Part shown: positions 23,346-36,915 of the stretch, in pieces
Layout: each line of letters opens with the position of its first letter
Numbering within the stretch: the stretch's first letter is position 1
Translations under genes and position numbers: made by a program
The notes under the pieces: generated by a model
Told to the model about the DNA's origin: nothing
Database searches by the model: none
What the model saw: the letters and a program-made list of their open reading frames with translations, nothing else
Assembly (NCBI GenBank): GCA_951406725.2
Contig: OX597836.1
Location: 31,868,001 to 31,932,000 of the forward strand
DNA from: Octopus vulgaris
Taxonomy: Eukaryota
Reading direction: 5' to 3'
DNA length: 64,000 nucleotides

Positions 23346-23692
23346 CAAGTTAATTAAATCAAGATATAATATTCAGGTGAAAATCGAAAACCTTGATACT
23401 AAAGTGTATATGATGGCGAAAACAATAAATGTAAAAATGGTGTAGTTTGCATGAAGCATTGTCTCATGTATATAAGCTTGACAACCGGTGTTGATATATT
23501 TACATCCCTCATAACTTTGGGGTTCGGCAAAAGAGACCAATAGAAAAAATGCTGAGATAAATTCATTGGACTAAAATCCTTCAAAGCTGTGCCCCAGCAT
23601 GGCCACAGTCTAGTGACTAAAACAAATAAAAGATAAAGGATTATATATATATATGTGTGTATGTGTATGTGTGTGTGTGTGTGTGTGTGTGT

Positions 23693-23936
23693 AGGTGCGT
23701 GGCTTAGTGGTTAGGATGTTGAACTCATGATTGTAAGGTTGTGGTTTCAATTCCTGGGCTGGGCGATGCGTTGTGTTCTTGAGCAAAACACTTCATTTCA
23801 CGTTGCTCCAGTCCACTCAGCTGGCAAAAATGAGTAATCCTGCAACGGACCGGCGTCCCATCCAGGTGGGGGATTTCTACGCCACTTAAACCGGGAAACT
23901 GGCCCTTATGAGCCTGGCATGGCTTGAGAAGGAACA
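23693..23936 (+). mobile_element. SINE family C
   Basis: GGTGCGTGGCTTAGTGGTTAG head, TTGAGCAAAACACTT domain, tail shared with 9600-9700. Confidence 0.78.
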
Positions 23937-24006
23937 TTAATTTTTTTTTATACATACACACACACACACACATATATATACATATGTATTTATATATATG
24001 TGTATA

Positions 24007-24039
<33 letters not shown>

Positions 24040-24061
24040 GCATATATATATTTATACAGAT

Positions 24062-24092
<31 letters not shown>

Positions 24093-24132
24093 CATACATA
24101 TACATACATACATACATACATACATACATACA

Positions 24133-24190
<58 letters not shown>

Positions 24191-24585
24191 TATATATATA
24201 TTTGCTACAAGTAAATTAAAGTGCAAGGGAACTTTCACCCTTGAGTCATATGTAATGCCATCTTAGGGTCTTGTATAATTCCCGACCATTCTATTTTATT
24301 ATTGAAACCAGCTGTTGTGTCTCGCATACATAACAGAAATAAATCTAGTTTACTATTCCTGCCTGGCATTATAAGTTGAAGATATCTTTCAAACTGAATT
24401 ATAAATTCATCAAAGGTCTTCGTAGAATTACCCTTTAATATAAGAGGATTGATTTATTTTAACGACTCTGATGGATACAGTAATCTCTGAAGCATGAAAA
24501 ACATTGTAATTTCAGCCATAATTTGAAGGAGCCAATATTTAATTGCAGACACGTTCTGTACTTCAGAAATTGTCAACTAATGGAA

Positions 24586-25184
24586 GGCAGCAAGCTGGCA
24601 GAAACGTTAGCACATCGGGTGAAATGCTTAGTGGTATTTCGTCTACCGTTATGTTCTGAGTTCAAATTTCGCCGACGTCGACTTTGCCTTTCATCCTTTC
24701 GGGATTGATTAAATAAGTACCAGTTACGCACTGGAGTTGATATAATTGACTTAATTTGTGTGTCTGTCCTTGCCTGTCCTCTCTGATTTTGGCCCCTTGT
24801 GGGCAGTAAAGAAATAGGTATTTCGTCTGTCATAATGTTCTGAGTTCAAATTCCGCTGAGGTCGACTTTGCCTTTCATCCTTTCGGGGTCGATTAAATAA
24901 GTACCAGTTACACACTGGGGTCGATATAATCAACTTAATCCATTTGTCTGTCCTTGTTTGTCCTCTCTGTGTTTAGCCCCTTGTGGGTAGTAAAGAAATA
25001 GGTATTTCGTCTGTGGCTATGTTCTAAGTTAAAATTCTGCTGAGGTCGACTTTGCCTTTCATCCTTCCGGGGTCGATTAGATAAGTACCAGTTACACACT
25101 GGGGTCGATATAATCGACTTAATCCTTTTGTTTGTCCTTGTTTGTCTCCTCTATGTTTAGTCCCTTGTGGGCAATAAAGAAATA
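24586..25184 (+). mobile_element. SINE family B trimer flanked by a 21-bp target-site duplication
   Basis: AGAAATTGTCAACTAATGGAA at 24565-24585 and 25185-25205; one head plus three ~185-bp bodies. Confidence 0.9.
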
Positions 25185-25766
25185 AGAAATTGTCAACTAA
25201 TGGAATTGTTATGATGTTATATACTCTACAAAGCTCTTTTGTTAAATCTGCAATTAAATGTTGTCATAAGTTACTTCTCTGGCACCAGCAGACAAAATGG
25301 TAATGGCATCGCCTTGAAGATATGCTGAAACATCCACTCTGACTCAGTAGAGACCTCTAGTGTTCTTGGCCCTGAGACCATATCCCTACTCACTGCTGTC
25401 CATAATAAACAGCCAGCTGTCCCATCAAAGGCCAATACACATGTGCACACTGCTCTGGTGATCTCTTATAATTCAATTTATTTAGCATAAATATATTTGA
25501 CAATTATAGAATATTTGGTATTGCAGTCCTTTCCTTATATCTTCTATCTTTTACTTGTTTCAGTCATTTGGCTGCGGCCATGCTGGGGCACTGCTTTGAA
25601 GGGTTTTAGTCAAACAAATCAACCCCGGTACTTATTTTTTTAAAGCCTGGTACTTAAACTTATTGGTCTTTTTTACTGAACCACTTAGTTACAGGGATGT
25701 AAACACACCAACACCATTTGCCAAACTCAGAGTGGGGAGGAAAAACACAAACAAAGACACACACAA

Positions 25767-25815
<49 letters not shown>

Positions 25816-25824
25816 TATATGCAC

Positions 25825-25914
<90 letters not shown>

Positions 25915-26414
25915 GTCAGGCTTTTAGTTTCTGTCTACCAAGTTCATTCATATGGCTTTGAACAGCCTGGGGCTATAACAGGCTATAACACTACCTTAGG
26001 TAGACTGAACCCAGCACAATGTGATTGGGAAGCAAGCTTCTTACCACACAGCCACACCTGACAAGTAATAATAGCATTCATGCTGTCGTAGTATTGATAT
26101 TTTACATAATCAACATGTCATGTGACTTAAACTGATAGTCATGTGATTAGGACTATTTCAGTTGGCTATCAATTTAATCTTCTTTCATCATGTTTTTTTC
26201 TACTTGCTTCGGTCATTAGACTATGGCCATGCTGGGGCACTGCCTTGAAGTATTTAATTTAAGAAATCAACTCCAATACTTATTTTTTAAACTTGGCATT
26301 TATTCTGTCAGCAACTTTTGCTGAAAAGCCAAACAATGTGGATGTTATATGGATGTAAACAAACCATCACTAGTTGTCAAGCAGTTGTGAGAGACAAAGT
26401 GAAACATACACTCA

Positions 26415-26572
26415 TATGGGGTGGGGGTTGAAAAGTTCTTGGCTTTGGCTAAAAGAAAATACAATGGTTCTTCAGTTTTTCTAAGTCCTGTAGAAGAACC
26501 TGGAAGGTTGGGCCTTCCGCCAGGTCCTTCACAATACCCTTAAAGCCAGGAACTTTTCAGCACCCCCTCATA
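26415..26572. mobile_element. Mariner-type MITE
   Basis: Imperfect TIRs TA...GGGGGTTGAAAAGTTCTTGGCTTT and AAAGCCAGGAACTTTTCAGCACCCCCTCA-TA. Confidence 0.7.
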
Positions 26573-28309
26573 TACATATATTCTTTTATTTTTTTTACTT
26601 GTTTCAGTCATTCGACTGTGGCTAAGCTGGGGCACCACCTTTAGTTGAACACATCAAGCCCAGGACTTATTCTTTGTAAACCTAGTACTTATTCTATCGG
26701 CTGCTTTTTGCTGAACTGTGTGTGAGCATATGTATGTATTTGTGTATGTATGCATATTGCTGCCACCACTTGGTTTGTTTATATCTGTGTTACTTAGTGG
26801 ACCAGCTAAAAATACTGATTGAATAAGTACTAGACATTAAAAAAATATTAGGTTCGATTTGCTCAGTTAAACCCCCTAAAAGTGGTACCCCAGTATGGCT
26901 GGAGTCCAATGACTTAAACGAGTAAAAGATACAGGACAGATATGAATTTTTCCTTCATGTATGTTTGTGTGTGTATGTGTTTATCAGCCTGCAGCGACCA
27001 TCTTATTGAAACAAATTTGTTTTTTTCTCTCTCAATGTTTTCCTCTCCTCATCTATTCTTTCTTTAGAAGAGTATATACCCAAAACATAAAAACACTTTT
27101 CTTTTTATTTTTCCCAAAGCGTAAACCTAATACACTGTTTTTTATTCATCTCGTCATTGTATCATTAAAAGTTTTTGCACCTTATATATGAGCTCATCTG
27201 GTGCTATGCAGTAACTAAATCCTTTGTTACCAATTAATAATCTTAATGATTTTCAAAAAAGGGAAACAAAATTGTTATTTTGTGCTGTTTGTTGTTGTTT
27301 TAACCATAATACTTATCTCAAGATCTTTCAAATCTGCAATTAATTTGAAAAACCACACTGATACACTAATCACCTCTACTCTCTCTCTCTCTCTCTCAAA
27401 ACCAAGTATGGAAATATTCACAAATTCAAAGGACATTTCCTTCCACTCATTGGAAGTAATTTTAGCCTATAATTACCCAAACAATAAATTAAAGCCTATT
27501 GTTTCACTGATATGTGTTACTTGATTAGCTTAACTAAATTACTTCTTATTTATTTATTTACTTACTTGCATAAAATGCTAATTAATGAATGGATTGTGTG
27601 AGTTTGCTAATTCCAGTTTGGAATATGATCAAAGGGTTTTGTGTATCTGATAGGTGAAATTGATTTAATGACTGTAAGACTTGACACTTCATAACATTGC
27701 AATCTTTAAGTTTTGTTTACAAAATTCCTATTTTACTGGGTTTTTTTCTGTTTTTTGTTTTTGCTTATATCATTAATTAGGTATACCCATAAAAAACAGT
27801 TCGGTGATATAGAGAAATATAAGCAAAGTTATGGCAGGAATTAGATCAACATAACAGCTTTGAAAATAAACTTATTCAAAATATCAGGTAAGAGCATCAA
27901 GGTGTGGCTTCTGTTTAACAAGAATTTACCATTGCACTGTTTTACTTGTATGAAGGCAGCAAGCTAGCAGAATCATTGGCATGCCAATTAAAACGCTTAG
28001 CAGCATTTTGTCTGTCTTTGCGTTCTGTGTTCAAATTCCACTGAGGTTGACTTTGCCTTTCATCCTTTCAGGCTCAATGAATTAAGTACCAGTTACACAC
28101 TGGGGTCGATGTAATCGACTCATTCCCCCCCTCCCACCAAAAAATGCTGCTCTTGTGCCAAAATTTGAAATCACTATATCTTTTACTTGTTTCCGTCATT
28201 AGGATGTGACCACGATGGGGCACTGCATTGAAGGGTTTTAGTGGAGGAAATTGGACCCAGGATTTATGTCTTTTAAAGTTTGCTACTTATTCTAAGAGAA
28301 TTAAGGATC

Positions 28310-28945
28310 CTGTAAATCCATGGTGTCTACAATATCCAATTGCTTAGAAGCCAAATCTGTAACGATACCAATGCTAGGTATGTTCTTTCTTCCTGCAAGA
28401 ACTAGGGGAGTATTTTTGCACAGAATTTTTTGAACGGGAAGTTGAATGTGTGGAAAAATGAGGTTCTGTGAGACATTCTATGTTTTCCCTGAGAACCTGA
28501 ATTTTGTCTTTGGTAAGTTTACAGAATGCTGTCAATTTTGAAGAAGTAGGGTAAGCTAGAAGCAAAATGATGAAAATGCTATCTGCTGAATCTTCCAGTT
28601 CATTGATAAAACGATGATTCCTTTACTGATGCAGAAATTACTTGTACATTCAGCAGTAAACGTGACAACAACAACTGTTTTATAAAAGATTCTTCTAAGG
28701 AATTAATTTCTTGCATTTCCTCCATTCTTAGTAATAGTTGCGAAGGCTTTTTTCATCTCCCAAAATTTCACTACTTGAAAGTTGATCTAAACACTTTTTT
28801 CTGTGAGCTGGCTATGCTTTTATTATCTCTAGCTCAGTTTTTTCATACAAAACAGTTTCTGCAGCAGCTGTAACGAAGTCCTTTATCTCATTGCTTAAGG
28901 TTGGTGGACAAATGCCAATTTCAGTAATTCCATTTTTTGCACTGA
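28310..28945 (-). pseudogene. Decayed Gypsy gag fragment (LGDxKPSQLL / CWYHxRFG type)
   Basis: Minus-strand pieces with frameshifts: PPTLSNEIKDFV, LDQLSSSEILGDEK, PSQLLLRMEEM, FIKQLLLSRL, LEDSADSI, HWYRYRFG. Their order matches this gag family. Confidence 0.7.
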
Positions 28946-28957
28946 CAGAGATATATT

Positions 28958-29402
28958 TTTTTCTACTCTAGGAACAAGGCTGGAAATTTTTGAGGAGCGG
29001 GGTGTCAATCGATTAGATTGACCCCAGTATGCAACTGGTACTTAAACTGGTACTTAATTTATCGACCCCAAAAAGATGAAAGGCAAAGTCAGCCTCTGCA
29101 GAATTTGAACTCAGAACTTAAAGACAGACGAAATACTGCTAAGCATTTTGCCCAGCATGCTAACATTTCTTATTTCTTTAGTGCCCCCAAAGGGTTAAAC
29201 ATAGAGGGGACAAACAAGGACAGACAAAGGGATTAAGTCAATTATATCGACCCCAGTGCGTAACTGGTACTTAATTTATCAATCCCAAAAGGATGAAAGG
29301 CAAAGTCAACCTCGGCGGAATTTGAACTCAGAACGTAACAGCACACAAAATACAGCTAAGCACTTTGCCCGGCGTGCTAACTTTTCTGCCAGCTCGATGC
29401 CT
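28958..29402 (-). mobile_element. Two tandem or nested family B SINEs
   Basis: The tail AAAGAAATA of one copy joins AGAAATGTTAGC in the head of the other (~29165). Confidence 0.82.
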
Positions 29403-29570
29403 TACTAACAGAGATATATTGATGATGAACAAACAGAGATCTGTTGGTAAAGCTGTTGGGATATGTGTTTTGATGATTCTCTTTGTTAGGAGTCTTGGGT
29501 GCATGGAAATGTTTCTTAAATATATGTTCTCTGTTTTGTTGGAAAGAATGTGTACATAAGATACTCTGGT

Positions 29571-29624
<54 letters not shown>

Positions 29625-29626
<2 letters not shown>

Positions 29627-30036
29627 CGGAGTAAGCACATAAATGTGAAACAAGGTGGAAAATAGAGTACTCAAATGCCAGAGGTAGTGTAATATGCTTT
29701 ATTTAAAAGCAGCAGAAACTATAACACAAGCTCTCACACAGAGCTTCATGTTCCCGTTCATTGGACAGTTTTGTTAAAATAGAACTGAGTAACAGCTTTT
29801 GCTATATTTTCTGCTGCTTTTAAATAAAGTATATATATATATATATATATATATATACTCTGGTATACATATATATATATTCTTTTTTTATTCTCTCTTT
29901 TTTTATTTTCTCATGTTTCTTTCTGTTGAAGAGCATAGGTTTGAAATGTAAAAGACTTTCTCACCTTCCCGAGCGTTAAACTAATACACCTGTTTGTTGT
30001 TTATACACCTGTCTTGTCTTTTGTTTTTCAACTATA
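29625..30036. mobile_element. Penelope-like terminal remnants in (TA)n: 22-bp inverted repeat and a variant hammerhead motif
   Basis: CTTTATTTAAAAGCAGCAGAAA at 29697-29718 is inverted at 29808-29829. TCTTT-CTGTTGA-AGAGCATAGGTTT-GAAA-TGTA-AAAGA lies at 29918-29955. Confidence 0.5.
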
Positions 30037-30705
30037 TAGTTATTTATATACATATATGTGTATCTATTTGTGTATATATTTATATATATTCATGTGTGTG
30101 TGTCTGTGTGTGTGTGTGTTACTGACTCATTGCTTTGACATCATTATGTGGTGTCTGGTCATGGGAAGATATCTTGCCTGGAAAGAGGTGAAGGTTGGTG
30201 ATAGGAATGGCATCCAGCCAGAGAAGCTTCATAGAAGCGCAAACAAGTTCTGACTGACCCATGCAAGCAAGAGAAAGTGGACATTAAACCGATGATGATG
30301 ATGATAATGACTAATATGTAATTCTGTTTAATTTTTTAAAACATTAATATGTGTTATTTGAAGCTTATTTGACTGCTATTTCTAGCATACCAAGTGCTCA
30401 CATAGAAGCACTTTCATTTTCTCACAATATTAAAACAATTGACAGAACGGAGTGTTTTTGACTCTGGCAACTGTAAAGCATGAGTTTCTTTCCATTTATT
30501 GATGCAGTGAAAATTCTCTGGCAGCGGAACAGGTGATAACAGAAAAGTAGATCGAACTGATAGATGCTGCTGAGGCACCATACTGAGCATTAATTAATGG
30601 TTTGATATTTTATTGAATCGAGATGGAATTCTTTCACATGAGAATAAATAATGAATAAATCTGATGAATAACTCAGTAAGATTGAAACATCATTAACATT
30701 AACAT

Positions 30706-31121
30706 AGGCGCAGGAGTGGCTGTGTGGTAAGTAGCTTGCTAACCAGCCACATGGTTGCGGGTTCAGTCCCACTGCGGGGCATCTTTAGGCAAGTGTCTTC
30801 TGCTATAGCCCCGGGCTGACCAATGCCTTGTGAGTGGATTTGGTAGACGGAAACTGAAAGAAGCCTGTCGTATATATGTATATATATGTATATATCTGTG
30901 TGTGTGTGTGTTTGTGTGTCTGTGTTTGTCCCCATAGCATTGCTTGACAACCGATGCTGGTATGTTTACGTCCCCGTCACTTAGCGGTTCGGCAAAAGAG
31001 GCCGATAGAATAAGTTCTGGGCTTACAAAGAATAAGTCCTGGGGTCGATTTGCTCGACTAAAGGTGGTGCACCAGCATGGCCGCAGTCAACTGACTGAAA
31101 CAAGTAAAGAGTAAAAGAGTA
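30706..31121 (+). mobile_element. SINE family A, full length
   Basis: Complete head, body and tail. Confidence 0.92.
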
Positions 31122-31384
31122 TATATATTCATTACATGTTTACAGACAGGTACTCATCCATAAGTGTGTTTATATAATGTATATAATGTGTGTGTGTTTG
31201 CATATGATTATGTATATATCTCTCTCTCTGTATATCGAACTATCTATATATGTATATATAAAAACACACACATCATACACATACAAATGTAATATATGTA
31301 TATAAATGTATGTACGCATGTAAGTATATATATATAAATATATACATATACATACACATAGATTAATATATACAATCTATTATC

Positions 31385-31496
31385 TTTCTCTCTCTCTCTC
31401 TTTATATATATATATATATATATATATTCAGTGGATTATATATCCCAAAAAGAAGCACTCAAAAGGTTAGAGGAGTAATGCATTATAATAAATAAG

Positions 31497-31533
<37 letters not shown>

Positions 31534-31568
31534 CACACATATATATATATACATACATATATAAATAC

Positions 31569-31617
<49 letters not shown>

Positions 31618-31640
31618 CATATATATACGCACATATATAT

Positions 31641-31702
<62 letters not shown>

Positions 31703-31753
31703 TATACATATATATATATACACACACACACACACATATAAAATATATATACA
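31385..31753. repeat. (TA)n/(CA)n compound microsatellite
   Basis: Seen directly. Confidence 0.95.
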
Positions 31754-33153
31754 TACCAGGTTGACTCAAAAGGATCGTTTTTGATTTTCACTGATTTTTG
31801 GCAACTTCTATCTCCATGTTACATTGATTTCAAATTTTTGGCACAGGCCCAGCAGTTTCAGGGGAGGGAGTAAGTTGATTACATTGACTCACCGCTTAGC
31901 TGATAGTTATTTTATCGACTCCAAAAGGACGAAAGGCAAAGTTGATGTTGGCAGAATTTGAATCCAGAGCGTAAAGACAGATAAAATGCTGCTACACATT
32001 TTTCCTGGCATGCTAACGATTCTGCCAGCTATCTATCTTATTTTGATTCTCTTTTACTCTTTTACTTGTTTCAGTCATTTGACTGTGGCCATACTGGAGC
32101 ACCACCTTTAGTCGAGCAAATCGACCCCAGGACTTATTCTTTGTAAGCCTAGTACTTATTTTATCAGTCTCTTTTGCTGAACCGCTAAGTTACGGGGACA
32201 TAAACACACTAGCATCGGTTGTCAAGCAATGTTGGGGGGACAAACACAGACATACAAATGTATACACACACACATACATATATATACATATACATGTATA
32301 TGACAAGCTTCTTTCAGTTTCCATCTACCAAATCCACTCACAAAGCTTTGGTTGGCCCGAGGCTATAGTAGAAGACAATTGCCCAAGCAAGCTACTTACC
32401 ACACAGCCACTCCTTAATTCAATACAACTTGTGCAATCGTCACTGAATAGTTTAGTCGTTATTTTATGGTTTTGAGTGGTGAAAAAATTGCAATGAGAGC
32501 CATTTAATGCTACCTGTGGAAACGAGTTCTAAGGACTGGACGTCCTTGATGATGGGGATTGCAGTTGATCCGATTACTGGAACAATCTGCTCGGAAAATT
32601 ATCATGCATGTGGCTGAACACTCCACAGACATGTGGATTCAGTGAGTACTCCATAGACACTGAGGGATTCAGTGCAACACAGTGTGAGACAAGGCCAACC
32701 CTTTGAAATACAGGTACTACTCGTTTTTGCTAGCTGAGTGGACTGGAGCAACGTGAAATAAAGTGTCTTGCTCAAGGACACAATGCGTCTTTGAAGACAC
32801 TTGCTCCCATAACTTCCAAAATAAATTTTGGTTTTTGTGGAGCATCAAAGTTGGGAACAAAAGTAGGACAGTGGTAACATACAAGGAAACCGAACAAAAA
32901 CAAACATGGAGGGTCATTACACCGGAACAAGGGGGAAAATTGTGAATGCTGGAAGAAATATTTTCTTTGAAAAGAGAAAAGATAGAAGAGAGGGACAGTA
33001 GATGTCAGGTCCTTAGAACATTGGGTAGGAAAAGAAAGATGGTCACGTGAGGAAAAGAAAAGGTGTGTAAGTGAACGAGAAGTTTGGGTTCTTCATCAAC
33101 GAACATCTTTTATTACACTTACCATTTTCTCTTTATACTGATAGATCTTTTAA

Positions 33154-33375
33154 CCCTTTTGTTACCAACCCAGCTGAAACCGGCTCTGGCTCTGTAGTAC
33201 AAATGTCTTGTTTTCAGAATTTTTGGAATTAAAATCTTCCACCAAACCTTAGTCACAATTTATGTTCCTAACACTAGATTAATGATAACTAAGTTATTTT
33301 ACTAAATTCTTTGTTATATTTAAAGTGATTGAAAGAAACACAGAGCATCTCAAAATAAAAACGGTAATAAAAGGG
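33154..33375. mobile_element. piggyBac-type MITE, copy 2 (inverted relative to 1532-1750)
   Basis: TTAA|CCCTTT...AAAGGG|TTAA; the body is the reverse complement of copy 1. Confidence 0.85.
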
Positions 33376-34067
33376 TTAAGGAGCTTAGGTGTTTCGCTCA
33401 TAAACACACACAACACCCGATCTGAGATTCGAAGCCATGATCCCTCGACCCCAAGTCCACTACTCTAACCACTAGGCCATGTGCCACGACGCCTACATTA
33501 CTATTGTAAAACTATTCATTTGCAGCACATGACTGCATAGTCAATATCACCATACTCTTTCTCGTTATGCAAGTAGCTTAGTGAATATCTAAATTGTATG
33601 CACACGTAATTTTTCAATTGTGAAATAAAAGCAAATGAAAAGAACAAAGAGAATAAAAAGCTTGTATACCTTTTCATAGCTTTTCGACATTTTCCTCTCT
33701 CTCTCTCTGTGTGGACAAAACAACATTTGTGAAGTATCAACATAACAAAGCCTGCAATTATAGGAAAATTCAGACAATGAAAATAATAACATAAAAAGCA
33801 GAACAAAGCCTTTGTAATCATGGCATTTCATCTATTTAGAAAATTATCATTGTTACTCTGTGGTGTAAGTAATTTGTTATAAATAAATTTGGATATAAGT
33901 ATATCAAACAAAACGACTTAGTAGTTACTGTGCTGATATAGAACATATATAAAAACGTATCAGTATGAAGGTTACTTCACATGGCTCTGGCAGAAGATAA
34001 TGGTGAACTTCTGCTGACTCTTACGCCACATTCATTTTTTTTTCTCCTGCATCTAGTAGCACACCAT

Positions 34068-34465
34068 TCTCAGAATTTTCCAGGAAGTACTCCCCATCCT
34101 CCTCTTTCCCCGCTTCACCCTCCCCATACTCGGATTTTTCCAGGAAGTAATCCCACTCCTCCCCTTCTTCATCATCAGACTTTCCCATCCCCCCTTCTCC
34201 ATCCTCGGACTTTTCCAGGAATTACATCCCCTCCTCTACCCTCGGATTTTTCTAGGAACTACCCCCTCCTCCATCCTCGGACATTTCCAGGAAGTGCTCC
34301 CCTTCCCCATCCTCGGACTTTTCCAGGAAGTACTCACCCTCATCCATTGAATTTTTCTAGGAAGTACTCCTTCTCCTCCACTTCCTCATCCTCGGACTTT
34401 TCCAGGAAATTATCCCCCTCCTCCCCTTCCCTATCCTCAGACTATTCCAGGGAGAAATCCCCCTC
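34068..34465. repeat. Irregular minisatellite: core CTCGGACTTTTCCAGGAAGT separated by variable C/T-rich spacers
   Basis: About 10 cores, at spacings of roughly 34-75 bp. Confidence 0.85.
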
Positions 34466-34908
<443 letters not shown>

Positions 34909-35752
34909 GTAGAAATTGAGATTGTATTACTCATTTAAAGTTCTACAGAAATTGCGAATTGCTATCTTGATGTCAATAGGTATAGTGTCATTCCCCACAC
35001 CACCTCTCTCTCCGTCTCCCTTCCTCTCATCCTCACTCGCTCTCCATTCTATCTTCAATTTCTTTCTCTTCTCCTCCTTTCTCTTTTAATCTGTCTTCTT
35101 CTTCTTCTCCACCTCAATCCTTCCCTCTCTTACTCTTCAGACAATTAACCTCCTTAGGCATGGTCATCAGCTATAAACATAATCTTATCTTCTCGATCGT
35201 TTCTTCTTCTTTTTTTCTTCTTTTTTTTCCATCACAGTTAATTAAAAAGCGGGTAATTTTCATCTGCTAAATATTAAAATAATGGCATTATTACAGAAAA
35301 CAGAAAACAGAAAAAAAAAAAGCAAGAGAGACTGTCTCAAAGACAGCATTAGATATAGAAAGATTGGTGTTGATAAGATAGAGCGCAGATAAGGGGGGAA
35401 TATGTGAAGCCAAGAGAGACAGAAAGAAAGGTTGAAAGCACAAGAAATGAGTGAGAAACAAATACAAGGAGACATGTAGGAGACAAGAATTAATTAGGGG
35501 AAGAGTTAGCCGATAGAACTCAAAGAAAACATTGTTATCAGTGATGTTGTTCATGGTTTTGGCAATGATGTCTAAACAAATTAAAGGACTACAAATAAGA
35601 GTTGTTCTTGTAATGCATCAAGCTGGTCTGACGTTGTTACCTGCCCCTGTTTTTTTTCCTCTTTTTTTTTCTTGGACCTTTAAGACTCCTAAGACTAGTT
35701 TCACAACAATTCCTCTGAGAGGGGCGCCAGTCAATGTTTGTTTGTTGTTAAC

Positions 35753-35797
35753 ACACAACGTTTCGGCTGATATTTCCTCCAGCCTTCATCAGGTGTC
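35753..35797 (-). ncRNA. Putative minimal type I hammerhead ribozyme in a family H element (35735-36128)
   Basis: Minus strand: ACAC-CUGAUGA-(A)GGCUG[loop]CAGCC-GAAA-C-GUU-GUGU. Stem I has 4 bp and stem II 5 bp; stem III is a loopless palindrome (AACGUU), as in Penelope-type minimal hammerheads. Confidence 0.6.
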
Positions 35798-36031
35798 TTG
35801 GGGGAAATTTCGAACCTGGGTTCTCATTCCTGAGGTATTTTTCGACCTTCTTCTTCTTCTTCGTCTTCTTCCTCCACCCCCTCCTCTTCTTCTTCCTCCA
35901 CTCCTCCTCTTCCCTCTCCTCCTCTTCTTCTTCCTCCACCTCCTCCTCTTCCCTCTCCTCTTCTTCTTCCTCCTCCCCCTCCTTCTTCTCATTATTATTA
36001 TTATTATCATTATCATCATCATCATCATTAC

Positions 36032-36079
<48 letters not shown>

Positions 36080-36737
36080 CATTATTATTATTATTCAGGT
36101 CACTGCTTGGAATCGAACTCGGAATCTGAGTTTCTTATGTGGCACTGGTACCAGTGATATAATCAAGTAATGTGCCTAACAGCTTTTATAATCTGTTATG
36201 GATCTATGGTTGAATGATTAATCCTGGCTCTCAATTGGGATTTGAAACCCTAGGTTATGCTGAATGGTTTAACAGGAGCTGACAAGCCAGCTCACCACCT
36301 TGTATGATCACCAATGTCAATAACAACATTACAATATGCTTGACATCTTACATTGACACAAAGATTTAAAAAAAATTCTTGTGGGAAGAATTACAATCAG
36401 TTAAAACTTAATCCCAATTTTGTATTTCACCAACCTTTGAAAGAATAAATTTTCAATTGCCTTCACTTGGATTTGAACTAGGAACAAATGAATAGCTGTA
36501 ACTAACTAACTACTGTACTGCATTTTATTTTATTGCCACAACAATTCTGTTAAGCTATCACAGCATTATATAATTGACAACTGTTTTTATTAGAGATTTC
36601 CAAATCTTTCATCCTAGATTTAATTCAGAAGACATTAAAATCATTGATAAATATTTCCCAAGAACATCAGTCATGTTCTGCAACCATGAAAAAGAGAATC
36701 TCTTTGATTCTACAATATTAAATCTTTAATCAAATGC

Positions 36738-36778
36738 TACTATTATTATCATCATCATCATCATCATCATTATTATTA

Positions 36779-36836
<58 letters not shown>

Positions 36837-36850
36837 CATCATCATCATCA

Positions 36851-36915
<65 letters not shown>

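Larger units (their letters stand above)
22380..25480 (-). mobile_element. Highly decayed Gypsy-type LTR retrotransposon relic (gag, RNase H, integrase pieces) interrupted by SINEs
   Basis: Minus-strand manual translation gives VLETDA...QPIFFYSHALNDTERKWSATRLEVLTI (RNase H, ~22830-22970), WRL...GENLVGD, KIHEEVGHPGKDR (integrase Zn domain, ~22570-22605) and gag-like KGNSTKTFDEFIIQFERY (~24390-24440). A PBS-like TGGTGCCAGAGAAGT lies at 25273-25287. Confidence 0.65.

Noticed and set aside
34068-34465. CRISPR-like array, or the 184-aa Pro/His-rich ORF 33981-34535
   Set aside because: The spacers are low-complexity C/T tracts of uneven length, and the ORF begins in a SINE fragment and ends in a microsatellite.
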